Counted from the first letter of the stretch, positions 25,968 through 35,538 are shown. The stretch is DNA of 64,000 bases from Minisyncoccota bacterium (GCA_041659005.1 JBAZZD010000002.1:25817-89816), one strand, 5' to 3'. Numbers and translations: made by a program. Notes: generated from the sequence alone by a model not told the origin.

Positions 25968-26408
25968 CTAATTTTCTTTTTTTACCTCAACAAGAATTTC
26001 TGTGGTAATTCCCTCTCCGAGATCAATTGTAACTTTATGTTCACCAAGCGATTTAATTGGATGATCAAGAATTGCTCGAGCGTCATGTGCATCATATTTA
26101 ACAATATCTTTTTCAATATCTTTTGTACTTACTGAGCCGAACAATTCTCCTTTTCCTCCCGCTTTGAGTGAAAAATGAAGCGTAGCATTTTTCATTGATT
26201 CTGCAATCTTTTTTAATGATTGCACTTTTCGTTTGTATGCCTCGCCTTTTTCTGATTGCTCTTTGTTAACCTTATTAATAATTCCTGAGGTTGCCTGAGC
26301 ACCTAGCCCTTTCGCAATAAAAAAGTTACGAGCATATCCATCGTTTATTTCTTTTATTTCTCCCTTTTTCCCCACTCCTTTTACATCTTTCAAAAAAATT
26401 ATTTTCAT
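25968..26408 (-). CDS. rplI: 50S ribosomal protein L9
   Basis: [36 protein letters not shown] is canonical L9. Confidence 0.9.
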   Translation of the reverse strand: MKIIFLKDVKGVGKKGEIKEINDGYARNFFIAKGLGAQATSGIINKVNKEQSEKGEAYKRKVQSLKKIAESMKNATLHFSLKAGGKGELFGSVSTKDIEKDIVKYDAHDARAILDHPIKSLGEHKVTIDLGEGITTEILVEVKKEN

Positions 26409-26411
26409 AAA

Positions 26412-27620
26412 TTACTTCATTTGTTTTTCTATAATTTCAAGCGCTTTTTCGAGCTGAGGATCTTTTTTCTGTTCAATATCTTTTTCGGTCATTTTCACTT
26501 TTATATCTGGTTCAATTCCAAGTTTATCAATTTTCACTTTTTTGGGCGTAAACCAATGTGCAATAGTTACTTTTAGTTTTGATCCATCCTTTAAATCAAT
26601 CACTTCCTGCACACTTCCCTTTCCAAATGTTTTTTCTCCAACAAGTGTTACTCCGCGTATATCACGAATTGCTCCCGCGAGGATTTCAGATGCCGATGCA
26701 CTTCCCTCATTTACCAATATTACAAGCGGAATATTTATAAACAATTGATTTCCGTGGGCAGAGCGAACTGTTTCTTCTCCTGTTCGCGTTTGTTCAATTA
26801 CTACTGTTTTTCCAGATTCTAAAAACCAACCGCCTAAATCAACTGCCACGTCAAGGAATCCTCCTGGGTTATTTCTTAAATCAAGAATAATTCCATCGGC
26901 GTTTTGTTGCCTTGCCTCAACCGCCTTTTTATAAAAGATTTCTGAGACATTTGCATTAAAATTATAAAGATGCATGTGCGCAACTTTTTTTCCACTTGGA
27001 AGTGTTTTCATTTCAAGATCAAGAGTCGGAACCTGAACGATTGCACGAGTTATAGTAAACTCTTTTGGCTCTTTGAATGAGTCACGATAAATAAGCAAAC
27101 GGACAACGGTTCCTGGTTTTCCGCGAATGATTTTTACCGCGCTTTCTGTAGACATGTTTGTTGTGGTTGTATTGTCTATTCGAAGAATTTTATCAAGTGG
27201 CAATAATCCAACCTTTTCCGCTGGATTCCCTTTCAGTGGCGTAACAATAGTAATTTGTCCGTTTCTCAGTCCGATTTCTGCCCCAATGCCACCAAATTCG
27301 CCAGCAAGATCTTCGTCAAATTTCTTTGCATCCGATGGATCAAAAAAATCTGAATAAGGATCTTCAAGTGAAGCGACCATTCCACGAATTGCTCCATATA
27401 ACATTGAGTCATCTTTTATTGCACTTGCATCAACATATTTATTTTGTACTACATCAACTGTCTCCCAAAATAATGAGAAGTCAGATTTTATCAGTGCGCG
27501 CGGATCAGTTATTATTACTGATCGTTTATTTCCGTATGAATATCCAACAAATAATGATGCACCAATGATTACTAAGATAAGCAATGCACCAACAGAAACC
27601 CTCCATTTATTATTCCACAT
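26412..27620 (-). CDS. carboxyl-terminal processing protease (S41 family) with PDZ domain
   Basis: TM anchor, PDZ region, GSASASEILAGA S41 motif. Confidence 0.85.
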   Translation of the reverse strand: MWNNKWRVSVGALLILVIIGASLFVGYSYGNKRSVIITDPRALIKSDFSLFWETVDVVQNKYVDASAIKDDSMLYGAIRGMVASLEDPYSDFFDPSDAKKFDEDLAGEFGGIGAEIGLRNGQITIVTPLKGNPAEKVGLLPLDKILRIDNTTTTNMSTESAVKIIRGKPGTVVRLLIYRDSFKEPKEFTITRAIVQVPTLDLEMKTLPSGKKVAHMHLYNFNANVSEIFYKKAVEARQQNADGIILDLRNNPGGFLDVAVDLGGWFLESGKTVVIEQTRTGEETVRSAHGNQLFINIPLVILVNEGSASASEILAGAIRDIRGVTLVGEKTFGKGSVQEVIDLKDGSKLKVTIAHWFTPKKVKIDKLGIEPDIKVKMTEKDIEQKKDPQLEKALEIIEKQMK

Positions 27621-27680
27621 AGTGTCTTAATTAAATCAGAGTTCGTGAATGTATGCAAAAATGTGAAAGAATGTCTCTCA

Positions 27681-28226
27681 TCAATTTTCTATTTTGAAAT
27701 AATTTGGACCCTGTGGAGTGAGCTCTGACTCAAAAAGTGTGAGTTCTGTTGGATGAAATGTTTCGCTAAATTGTGTGTAAATTGGTTCAAGCCGTTCTTT
27801 CGCGCGTGCGTTAAATCGAGCAAGTGTTACATGTCCATTAAAGTGAGAAAGATTTTCTCGTTCCCACTGGATTCCGTTTCGATACAAATTCGCTTCAAGC
27901 GATAATTTTATTAGTTCTATCTCTTTAGATGTTTCTCGAGTGAGCGATGCCCATACCATTCGTTTTTCATATGTTGGTGGGCCATAATCAATTGAGTGAA
28001 ATTGAATGGAAAGCGATTCTGGAATTAATGTTCCCTTGAGTGACTCCATTATTCCATGAATTAGCTCATCATTCTGATCACCGAGAAAGGAAACGGTAAT
28101 ATGCAAGTTTTCATAACGAACAATGCGTGCGTCAAGCGGCAATTTTTTCACAAAGGAAGAGAGCGCCACATCAATAGAATCCCGTGTCGCTTTAGGCAGT
28201 TCGAACGCTACGAACAACCTTTTCAT
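27681..28226 (-). CDS. thpR: RNA 2',3'-cyclic phosphodiesterase (2H phosphoesterase, LigT/ThpR)
   Basis: Two H-x-T/S-x motifs: HITVSFLG and HVTLARF. Confidence 0.8.
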   Translation of the reverse strand: MKRLFVAFELPKATRDSIDVALSSFVKKLPLDARIVRYENLHITVSFLGDQNDELIHGIMESLKGTLIPESLSIQFHSIDYGPPTYEKRMVWASLTRETSKEIELIKLSLEANLYRNGIQWERENLSHFNGHVTLARFNARAKERLEPIYTQFSETFHPTELTLFESELTPQGPNYFKIEN

Positions 28227-28255
28227 ACAATAAATAATAGCATAGAATAATTGAA

Positions 28256-28624
28256 ATGCCGCTTGATCCGAATTATTTAGAGTTATTAAAAAAGCGGGGC
28301 GAAGAGAGTCATGTGTATAGGAATTATCAACTTACTGGACTTGAAGTTGCCGAAATGCTTCATGATCAGGCGCATAAAGCACTGTACATGAAACTTGCAA
28401 AACAACATGGTGCAACTGCATTGCTTTCAGTCGCTAAGCGAATTTCAGAACAAAAAGAAATAAAAAATAAAGGGGCGTATTTCATGAGGGTTTTTTTCTC
28501 TGAATTTGGAAAGCTCAACAATCAAAAAGAAACACGCAATGAATCAAAAAGAAGTAAAACCAATAGTAACAATACAAGAGGGAAAAGGAGAAGCGTTTCT
28601 GCGAAAGAAAACAGTCTTGTTTAA
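28256..28624 (+). CDS. hypothetical protein
   Basis: Its 3' end overlaps the inferred def start by about 86 nt in another frame; the C-terminal part may be spurious. Confidence 0.35.
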   Translation: MPLDPNYLELLKKRGEESHVYRNYQLTGLEVAEMLHDQAHKALYMKLAKQHGATALLSVAKRISEQKEIKNKGAYFMRVFFSEFGKLNNQKETRNESKRSKTNSNNTRGKRRSVSAKENSLV

Positions 28625-29051
28625 TTTTGATAATTACACAGACAAAGAATTGCGTGCGCTTATTAAAGTAATGCGCGAGACAATGAAACGTGCGAATGGT
28701 GTTGGGCTTTCAGCAAACCAGATAGGACTTGATGAACGATTTTTTGTTGCAGAGGCTCCCGATAGTCAGGGGAAACAGAAGTTTTATGCGATATTTAATC
28801 CAGTAATAATAAAATCTTCCAAAGAAATTTCAACTGTTGAGGAGGGATGTTTGAGCGTCCCAGAAACATGGGGTCCGACTCCTCGCGCATATCGCGTAAC
28901 TCTTGAGGGACAAGATATAAAAGGAAAAAAGATAAAACTAAAAGTGTGGGGGCTTCTTGCTCGTATTTTTCAACATGAGGTGGATCACTTAGATGGACAT
29001 CTATTTATTGATAGAGCAAAGAGCACAAGAAAGATCCAAATAAAAAAATAG
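28539..29051 (+). CDS. def: peptide deformylase
   Basis: GVGLSANQIG, EGCLS and QHEVDHLDG motifs. Start taken at the in-frame ATG at 28539 (MNQKEVKPIV) to keep the N-terminal helix. Confidence 0.85.
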   Translation: MNQKEVKPIVTIQEGKGEAFLRKKTVLFNFDNYTDKELRALIKVMRETMKRANGVGLSANQIGLDERFFVAEAPDSQGKQKFYAIFNPVIIKSSKEISTVEEGCLSVPETWGPTPRAYRVTLEGQDIKGKKIKLKVWGLLARIFQHEVDHLDGHLFIDRAKSTRKIQIKK

Positions 29052-29056
29052 CACTC

Positions 29057-29920
29057 ATGTCATATATTTTTTTCGGTACTCCAAAGTTTGCAGAAATAGT
29101 GCTGAAGCATCTTATTGATGCAGGACACATACCCGTAGCAGTTGTGTGCAACCCCGATCGACCAGTGGGAAGAAAAAAAGTTATTACTCCCCCACCAGTA
29201 AAGCAATACCTCAGTGAATTATCCGAGCCAATAAGAAATTCAATACAAATATTCCAACCAGAAAAATTAATTGAGATTGAAGCAGTGCTTAAAGAAATGA
29301 ATGTTGATTTATTTGTGGTTGCTGCGTATGCAAAAATAATTCCACAAACAATTCTTGATATTCCAAAATATGGAACGGTAGGCGTTCATCCATCGCTCCT
29401 TCCAAAACTTCGTGGTTCATCTCCCATTCAATCCGCAATTTTATTTGGAGAAAAAGAAACAGGAGTTTCATTATATTTTATTGATAAGGACGTTGATCAT
29501 GGGCCAATAATAAAAACAGATTTCTTAAAAGATTTTGATTGTGACGCAGTAACCTTTTTAGAACTCCATGATGCGCTCGCGCATCTTGGGGGCACAATGC
29601 TTTCTGAAATTATTGCCGAACTTATGAATGGAAAAGAAAAAGGTGCCGAACAAAATCATTCTGAGGCAACATTTACAAAGAAATTTGTTTCGCAAGATGG
29701 ATTTATTGATCATGATGATTTGCAACTTGCGATGCAGGGAGAAAACGAGCGGGCTAAAAAAATTAATAGAATGGTTCACGCGCTCAATCCAGAACCTGGG
29801 GTTTATACGCTCGTGAATGAAAAAAGAATGAAACTACTTAAAACAGAAATTAAAGACGGCAATTTGAAGCTTTTGCGTATTCAGATGGAGGGAGGACTGC
29901 CACAAGATATGCACTATTAA
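29057..29920 (+). CDS. fmt: methionyl-tRNA formyltransferase
   Basis: IFFGTPKFAEIVL...VVCNPDRPVGRKK...HPSLLPKLRGSSPIQSAI; def-fmt operon order. Confidence 0.9.
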   Translation: MSYIFFGTPKFAEIVLKHLIDAGHIPVAVVCNPDRPVGRKKVITPPPVKQYLSELSEPIRNSIQIFQPEKLIEIEAVLKEMNVDLFVVAAYAKIIPQTILDIPKYGTVGVHPSLLPKLRGSSPIQSAILFGEKETGVSLYFIDKDVDHGPIIKTDFLKDFDCDAVTFLELHDALAHLGGTMLSEIIAELMNGKEKGAEQNHSEATFTKKFVSQDGFIDHDDLQLAMQGENERAKKINRMVHALNPEPGVYTLVNEKRMKLLKTEIKDGNLKLLRIQMEGGLPQDMHY

Positions 29921-29969
29921 ACATTAAATTGACAAAATAATATATTTATTATATTATTAAACCACTATT

Positions 29970-31355
29970 ATGAATCGAAACGGAAAGGGATTCCACGGGT
30001 TTGGTATTGCACCAGCCATTTTGGAAGTGCTTGCAAAACTAAATTTTATTACTCCAACTCCTATACAAGAACAGGCACTTGCTGCCCTGTTAGAAGGAAA
30101 AGATGTTATGGGAATTGCACAAACGGGAACAGGAAAAACCCTTGCGTTTGGTATTCCACTTATCCAGAATGCAATTCAGAAAAAAGGAATATCACTTGTT
30201 GTTGCACCGACTCGTGAACTTGCACTTCAAATTGATGAGGCAATTTCGGCTATTGGAAAACCACTTGGAATAAAAACCGCAGTGTTAATAGGTGGCGAGC
30301 CATTTGGAACACAGTTGCGACAGCTTTCAAAAAATCCAAGTATTATTATTGGAACTCCAGGAAGGATTGTCGATCATACCGAACAAAAAACGGTATCATT
30401 TCAAAATGTAAAAATTCTTGTACTTGATGAGGCAGATAGAATGCTTGATATGGGATTTGCTCCACAATTAAAGAAAATTCATATGCTTCTGCCAAAACAA
30501 CGACAAACAATGTTGTTTTCAGCAACGATGCCCGAATCAATTGTTTCAGTTGCTCGTATGTATTTGTCACTTCCGATACGTGTTGAAGTTGCGCCACAAG
30601 GAAGTACCGCAAAAGACGTTGCGCAGGAAGTATTTTTTGTTCCTCATGAAGACAAGCCACGACTTCTTGAAAAAATTCTTCAAGAGTATCAGGGATCAGT
30701 ACTTGTGTTTGCTCGAACAAAACATGGAGCAAAACGCATTGCTTTTATGGTTCGTGGGTTTGGAAATCCAGCAACTGAAATTCATTCAAATCGTTCACTT
30801 AATCAAAGAAAAGAAGCGCTACAAGGATTTAAAAATGGAACGTATCGCGTGCTTGTCGCGACTGATATTGCTGCGCGTGGTATTGACGTGAAAAATATTG
30901 AACTTGTTATTAATTATGATTTACCAGAAAACGCAGAGGATTATGTACACCGAATTGGTAGAACGGGACGAGCGGGAGAGGTCGGGCGGGCAATATCATT
31001 TGCACGACCTGATGAAAAACGTGATGTTCGTGTCATTGAACAATTAATCTCGAAAGAACTTCCTGTTTCAAAACTTCCTGTGCTTCCTACGGCACATCCA
31101 CTACACAGAATTGAACAACGAGAAGAGCGACGCCCTTCGTTTTCTCGTTCTCATAGACCATCACGAGGTCGTTCTCAAGATGATAGACCACGACGATCGT
31201 TTAGTTCTTCTCATTCACGCTCAAGCGCACCAGCTCATACACATTCGTTTTCTCAAGAACGTAGATCAACAACAACAATGCCATCAAGAAATGGAGGAGA
31301 TCGAAGGCCAGCAGCTCCTTCAAGGAATGGAGTGAGGCGCAGGTTCAGACCTTAA
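29970..31355 (+). CDS. DEAD-box ATP-dependent RNA helicase with Arg/Ser-rich C-terminal tail
   Basis: AQTGTGKT, DEAD, SAT and HRIGRTGRAG motifs; tail RPSFSRSHRPSRGRSQDDRPRRSFSSSHSRSS. Confidence 0.9.
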   Translation: MNRNGKGFHGFGIAPAILEVLAKLNFITPTPIQEQALAALLEGKDVMGIAQTGTGKTLAFGIPLIQNAIQKKGISLVVAPTRELALQIDEAISAIGKPLGIKTAVLIGGEPFGTQLRQLSKNPSIIIGTPGRIVDHTEQKTVSFQNVKILVLDEADRMLDMGFAPQLKKIHMLLPKQRQTMLFSATMPESIVSVARMYLSLPIRVEVAPQGSTAKDVAQEVFFVPHEDKPRLLEKILQEYQGSVLVFARTKHGAKRIAFMVRGFGNPATEIHSNRSLNQRKEALQGFKNGTYRVLVATDIAARGIDVKNIELVINYDLPENAEDYVHRIGRTGRAGEVGRAISFARPDEKRDVRVIEQLISKELPVSKLPVLPTAHPLHRIEQREERRPSFSRSHRPSRGRSQDDRPRRSFSSSHSRSSAPAHTHSFSQERRSTTTMPSRNGGDRRPAAPSRNGVRRRFRP

Positions 31356-31361
31356 TAGTTT

Positions 31362-32045
31362 TTATAGTTCAGTTAATAAATCAACGAGAATAGTATTTTC
31401 GTTGATTTTTTTACCAGTTATCTTTGCACGTTTTCCATCTTCAAATGAAGGTGTGCATTGGTTATTGTCACTTTCGCATTGCCAGTTCGAAAAATCGAGC
31501 GTTGTGGTAAGTGCCGGTTTTCCTGGTTCTTCATATACAAATAACCATTCTCCATTTTTCTGTACAATATTCCCTTCTTTTTCGAATTGAGCAGCAGTTG
31601 TTATATCTGTTTTTGGCATATCGCCACAAATGACATCAGTAATTTTCCATAATGCATTTTCACGTGCTAGGGAGATTTTGATATCTTTAACGATTGTATC
31701 AAAGTATTCGCGGACGCTTACTTCAGCATTTTCACCATTTGTGGCAATCGGAAACACTTCAAAGTTATTAGGAATATCTTGTGCACATACAATTGGATCG
31801 TATCCCCCACTTGAAAATGATGAGACAATCGAGTCAATCTTTTTTTTAAAATTTAAAGAAAGTTGATCCGCGTTTTGATACGAACCATCTGAAAGCATAA
31901 ATTTTCCTTGAAACCACGATTCATAAAACGTAGTGACTGCTCGATCTGGTGTGGTTACCGCTGAATTTGAGGTGATAAGAAAAACAAGCATGACAAGCAC
32001 GACAATTCCAAAAATACCTGCAACTACCATTTTCTTCATATTCAC
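31362..32045 (-). CDS. membrane-anchored hypothetical protein
   Basis: N-terminal TM then a soluble domain with conserved Cys residues. Confidence 0.5.
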   Translation of the reverse strand: MNMKKMVVAGIFGIVVLVMLVFLITSNSAVTTPDRAVTTFYESWFQGKFMLSDGSYQNADQLSLNFKKKIDSIVSSFSSGGYDPIVCAQDIPNNFEVFPIATNGENAEVSVREYFDTIVKDIKISLARENALWKITDVICGDMPKTDITTAAQFEKEGNIVQKNGEWLFVYEEPGKPALTTTLDFSNWQCESDNNQCTPSFEDGKRAKITGKKINENTILVDLLTEL

Positions 32046-32129
32046 AGTATACTCCCGTTTTAAATTGAAATACCAACCAGTAGAATCTTGCCCGTTGGGT
32101 CGGTTCAGTTTCCACTAGTTGAAAACAAA

Positions 32130-32160
32130 AGAAAAACCCCTGTCGGGGGGTTTTTCTTTT
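32130..32160. terminator. intrinsic terminator hairpin
   Basis: aaacccc-tgtc-ggggggttt flanked by A/T runs. Confidence 0.55.
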
Positions 32161-32166
32161 TAGAAT

Positions 32167-32532
32167 TTACTGCAAAAGTTTTTCATCTGGCGCTGATTGT
32201 TCATTACTATTAGGAATAGTTTTTGCTTTATTATATACACATCCTCCATTCTGTTGATTTTGAAATCCGTATCCACTACGCATCATCCCAGTTCCATATC
32301 GTCCAAAAGAACGTGATCCTCCGAAGTTCTCTCCATTTATTACTCCTTTTATTTCTCCGATTTTTACTCCACCCATAAATACTGCCCAGAGAATTAAAAG
32401 ACCTAAAATCCAACGAAAAACATGGCAACCTTTGTGCATTCCGTTGTGACTGTGCATCATTTTCCCTCCTTTGCAGAACATGCAACATGATCCTACATTT
32501 TCTGTATTATTTTTTTCTTCTGTCATACACAT
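32167..32532 (-). CDS. Cys/His-rich N-terminus, single TM, Gly-rich C-terminus hypothetical protein
   Basis: SCCMFCKGGKMMHSHNGMHKGCH, then a TM helix, then a G/N/Q-rich tail; directly downstream of lexA on the same strand. Confidence 0.45.
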   Translation of the reverse strand: MCMTEEKNNTENVGSCCMFCKGGKMMHSHNGMHKGCHVFRWILGLLILWAVFMGGVKIGEIKGVINGENFGGSRSFGRYGTGMMRSGYGFQNQQNGGCVYNKAKTIPNSNEQSAPDEKLLQ

Positions 32533-32556
32533 ACTACGTTAAAGTATGGGAAAATA

Positions 32557-33213
32557 TTACATCTTTGGTTTTTTGATAACCTGCACCACTTTTCCATTAA
32601 TGATATAGTTGTCATTTTCATGAATATAGATTGGTGGGAAATCTTGATTTGAATCAGAAATAAGAATAATTTGTTTATTTTCGTCATCTTTATAGAAACG
32701 CTTTATGTTTGCCATTCCGTCAATAATAGAAAGAACAATATCTCCATTTTTTGGACTTCGATCGGTAGTATCCACAATTACATAATCGCCATCCTCAATT
32801 TTTTTCTTTTCAATCATTGCCTTGTTCATACTTGGTCCTTTTACACGAATTGCAAAAAGAACATGCGAAGTTGGTCGTGGACGAATAAGCGATTCCGATA
32901 TACGAAGGAATCCTTCAATATTTTCTTCTGCAATTGCAGTTGCGGGCCCTGCGCTTGCGTATCCAAGAATTGGAATGCTTAACAAGGTTCCCTGTCCTTT
33001 ACTTGTTTTTTTACTCCAGTTATCTCGTGTGTTCTTTATAATTCCCTTTGCCTTATCAATATTTAAGAGTCCACGCTTTTCAAGTTGACCCATATGATGT
33101 TTTATTTTCTGTGGTGAGGTTTCACCGATAAACGCACCAATTTCTCGCAAAGAGAACAATGCAAGATTTTTCATTTTGGCGAGTTCTAATAATTTTTCTT
33201 GTATGGTGTGCAT
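32557..33213 (-). CDS. lexA: LexA-family transcriptional repressor (S24 peptidase)
   Basis: N-terminal wHTH; VKGPSMNKAMI (Ser nucleophile) and ...GMANIKRF (Lys) in the C-terminal S24 domain. Confidence 0.8.
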   Translation of the reverse strand: MHTIQEKLLELAKMKNLALFSLREIGAFIGETSPQKIKHHMGQLEKRGLLNIDKAKGIIKNTRDNWSKKTSKGQGTLLSIPILGYASAGPATAIAEENIEGFLRISESLIRPRPTSHVLFAIRVKGPSMNKAMIEKKKIEDGDYVIVDTTDRSPKNGDIVLSIIDGMANIKRFYKDDENKQIILISDSNQDFPPIYIHENDNYIINGKVVQVIKKPKM

Positions 33214-33250
33214 ATGTTTATTTCATAATTGTATCATACTCCCGTAATGC

Positions 33251-33268
33251 TTGACACTGTGGACAGCT
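33251..33268. promoter_or_regulatory. candidate LexA operator / promoter overlap (TTGACA + CTGTggACAG palindrome)
   Basis: CTGT-N2-ACAG palindrome at 33257-33266, 45-55 nt upstream of the lexA ATG, overlapping a -35-like hexamer on the lexA strand. Confidence 0.3.
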
Positions 33269-33294
33269 TCAATACAACGAAATAAATCAAGTGT

Positions 33295-33708
33295 TTAGTC
33301 AAATAGGAAAAATGCAGCAATTGTGGCACCAATCCAACTCATCGCTGACAAGGTTCCACTAAGGAATAATGGCCACTTCTCCCCTTTTGTAAGTGAGGAG
33401 AATGATTTTTGTGTTGCCACATGAGTGAGTTTTCCGATCAAGAATCCATTTCCTACAAGAATGGCGACAAACACCATTTTGATGATAAAAAATGGATTAT
33501 GTATTAAATAGTTTCGGGCGGGATAAAAAAGAAATCCACCAGTAATGATAAGTGCAATTAAACCAATCCACGTGGCGATGTGAAGACGATCTATTTTTTT
33601 ACTATCCAGTACTTTAATTTTTCCTCGAAACCACGAAAACGCATCATGGTCGGCAATCAGAATAATAATTCCTGAAAAAATAAGTGAAATAATGTGTGCA
33701 GTAAACAT
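33295..33708 (-). CDS. hypothetical membrane protein (4 TM)
   Basis: Hydrophobic profile only. Confidence 0.5.
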   Translation of the reverse strand: MFTAHIISLIFSGIIILIADHDAFSWFRGKIKVLDSKKIDRLHIATWIGLIALIITGGFLFYPARNYLIHNPFFIIKMVFVAILVGNGFLIGKLTHVATQKSFSSLTKGEKWPLFLSGTLSAMSWIGATIAAFFLFD

Positions 33709-33714
33709 AATTAA

Positions 33715-34122
33715 TTATTGTGTTGCTAATACTCCGATTTTCATTGTTTCAAGTATTGTTTCCATTTTTTCATTTCCTCCGTGTTTATCTACGAATGCCT
33801 CAGTGCCATCTGTTCCACATCCTGTGAGGATTGGATCAGTTCCTCCGGGATGTTTTGGAATAAATGCAGTAACATCGTATACATTGCCTCGGATAATAGT
33901 GTAACAACTTGTTTCTAAATTATGTTTTGCAACATCAGCAGCAGAAAATGTTTGTGATACTGCTAGTGTTGTACTTGTACCTTGCTGTGCTTTTTGATTA
34001 TTATTGATAACCGAAACTTGTTCTGGCGCTGGCGTGCTATATTGTCGTTTATTTGAAAATATATATATTCCCCCACCTATAACAGCTACCACAACAATGA
34101 CCCCTAAGACAGTTTTATTCAT
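33715..34122 (-). CDS. cytochrome b5-like heme-binding domain protein, membrane anchored
   Basis: N-terminal TM; ...KHNLETSCYTIIRGNVYDVTAFIPKHPGG... (HPGG motif). Confidence 0.7.
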   Translation of the reverse strand: MNKTVLGVIVVVAVIGGGIYIFSNKRQYSTPAPEQVSVINNNQKAQQGTSTTLAVSQTFSAADVAKHNLETSCYTIIRGNVYDVTAFIPKHPGGTDPILTGCGTDGTEAFVDKHGGNEKMETILETMKIGVLATQ

Positions 34123-34244
34123 ATATTATATTATACAATTTTGGTGGTCTGTTTATTTCAAAAAACCTTGAACTACTTCATGAAAAAACTACTGCAACCT
34201 CCGGCGTCATTACTGAAGAAATTATTAAAGAGTGCAAGAAGATT

Positions 34245-34276
34245 AAATAAAAATTTCCCCGCGATATGCGGGGATT
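34245..34276 (-). terminator. intrinsic terminator
   Basis: tccccgc-gatat-gcgggga flanked by A/T runs. Confidence 0.55.
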
Positions 34277-34612
34277 TTAATCAAGAAGGTTAAGTGCGAC
34301 AGCGATAATTGCCCATGCTTCTTTTTCTTCAATTTTTAATTTTTCTTGAAGTTTGTTGGCAAGAGAGATATAGAGAAAATCTCTATATTGAGATTGAAGA
34401 ACTTGAAGATTTGGACTATTTATCAGCGTTTCAACAGAAATATTATTATGTTTTGCCACAAGACTATTAATATCCGTCTGGTTACTTGAAAGCTTATCAT
34501 CAAGATCTTTTTCTATTTCTTTGAACGTCTCTTCCATTTTTTTGTCTGGAACCTTTTTTGAAACAGAAACAAGAGCTTCGATTAATGCAAATTTTGAATA
34601 TTGGAGTTTCAT
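34277..34612 (-). CDS. hypothetical protein
   Basis: 111-aa ORF bounded by a terminator. Confidence 0.45.
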   Translation of the reverse strand: MKLQYSKFALIEALVSVSKKVPDKKMEETFKEIEKDLDDKLSSNQTDINSLVAKHNNISVETLINSPNLQVLQSQYRDFLYISLANKLQEKLKIEEKEAWAIIAVALNLLD

Positions 34613-34984
34613 TTTTTCTCCTTTTTAATTGTGAAAGAATAAAACAACAATATCGCTTTTGGGCGGTATTAGCAAGGTTTACTCCAAAATTCCTATTTTT
34701 ATATGAAATCTTCATACAATATAAATTCAACTCAAAAAGGAAATGAAAAAAATAATCCACAGCAAACTCAACGCCTTGGGCGCCTCAAACAGTGCTGCGG
34801 ATTATATTTTCAAGTTTCCCTTTTTCGTGAATTTATTTATTGTATTCCGACGTACGTATAAAAACAGGAATTCTTTCGTCTGGGCGTATATTGCGAACTC
34901 AGCACCCGAGGTGCTTCAAACAACGCTATAGATTATGTTTTTTTTAATCTTCTTCTCTTCACAATTTATACAGCGCACTCCAAA

Positions 34985-35002
34985 CCTGCCTGCGCAGGCA
35001 GG
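34985..35002. repeat. GC-rich perfect palindrome CCTGCCTGCGCAGGCAGG (dispersed repeat copy)
   Basis: Identical 18-mer to 790-807. Confidence 0.7.
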
Positions 35003-35042
35003 CGTATGCATAAAAGAGTGATTTTTTTGTCTAGGTGTTTTA

Positions 35043-35438
35043 TTACCAGTTGAGTACGGTCACGGTAACTTGAAGAATGGTTGCGAAATAGACCCATGCA
35101 AGATATGGGAAGTTTACTATCGCTACCCAACGAGCTCGTGGCCAAATTACTTTCATTGCCCACACGAGAGTTCCAAGGACTAAAAGGATATCAATAGTGG
35201 CAAGGATATTACTTTTTAATCCAAATTGAATTGGGGTGAATGCAATATTAAAAATCGCATTCAAAAAAAATGGCAAAAATATTCCTGTCGCATATTGTTT
35301 CTTTGTATATTTTATTAATACATATCCAAATGAAACAATGATGATAAGATACAATACCATCCACACTGGACCAAAAATCCACGCGGGCGGAGCCCATGAT
35401 GGTTTTAACAATTCACTATAGTATGCATAGTTTTCCAT
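35043..35438 (-). CDS. tspO: tryptophan-rich sensory protein TspO/MBR
   Basis: LKPSWAPPAWIFGPVWMVLY motif; five TM helices. Confidence 0.85.
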   Translation of the reverse strand: MENYAYYSELLKPSWAPPAWIFGPVWMVLYLIIIVSFGYVLIKYTKKQYATGIFLPFFLNAIFNIAFTPIQFGLKSNILATIDILLVLGTLVWAMKVIWPRARWVAIVNFPYLAWVYFATILQVTVTVLNW

Positions 35439-35538
35439 TGATTTTATTATAGACGATTTGCCGAATCATAAACCTTGACTAATCAACTATTTGCTGTTAT
35501 CCTATATTTATCATTAACAATTTCAGTGGAGAAGAAAA

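Noticed and set aside
30346-31335. ORFs antisense or offset within the DEAD-box helicase gene (30346..30732 -, 30541..30891 +, 31111..31335 +)
   Set aside because: Embedded in a strongly supported conserved CDS.
33251-33268. Canonical LexA box
   Set aside because: Not the E. coli CTGT-N8-ACAG nor the Gram-positive CGAAC-N4-GTTCG consensus; kept only as a low-confidence candidate operator.
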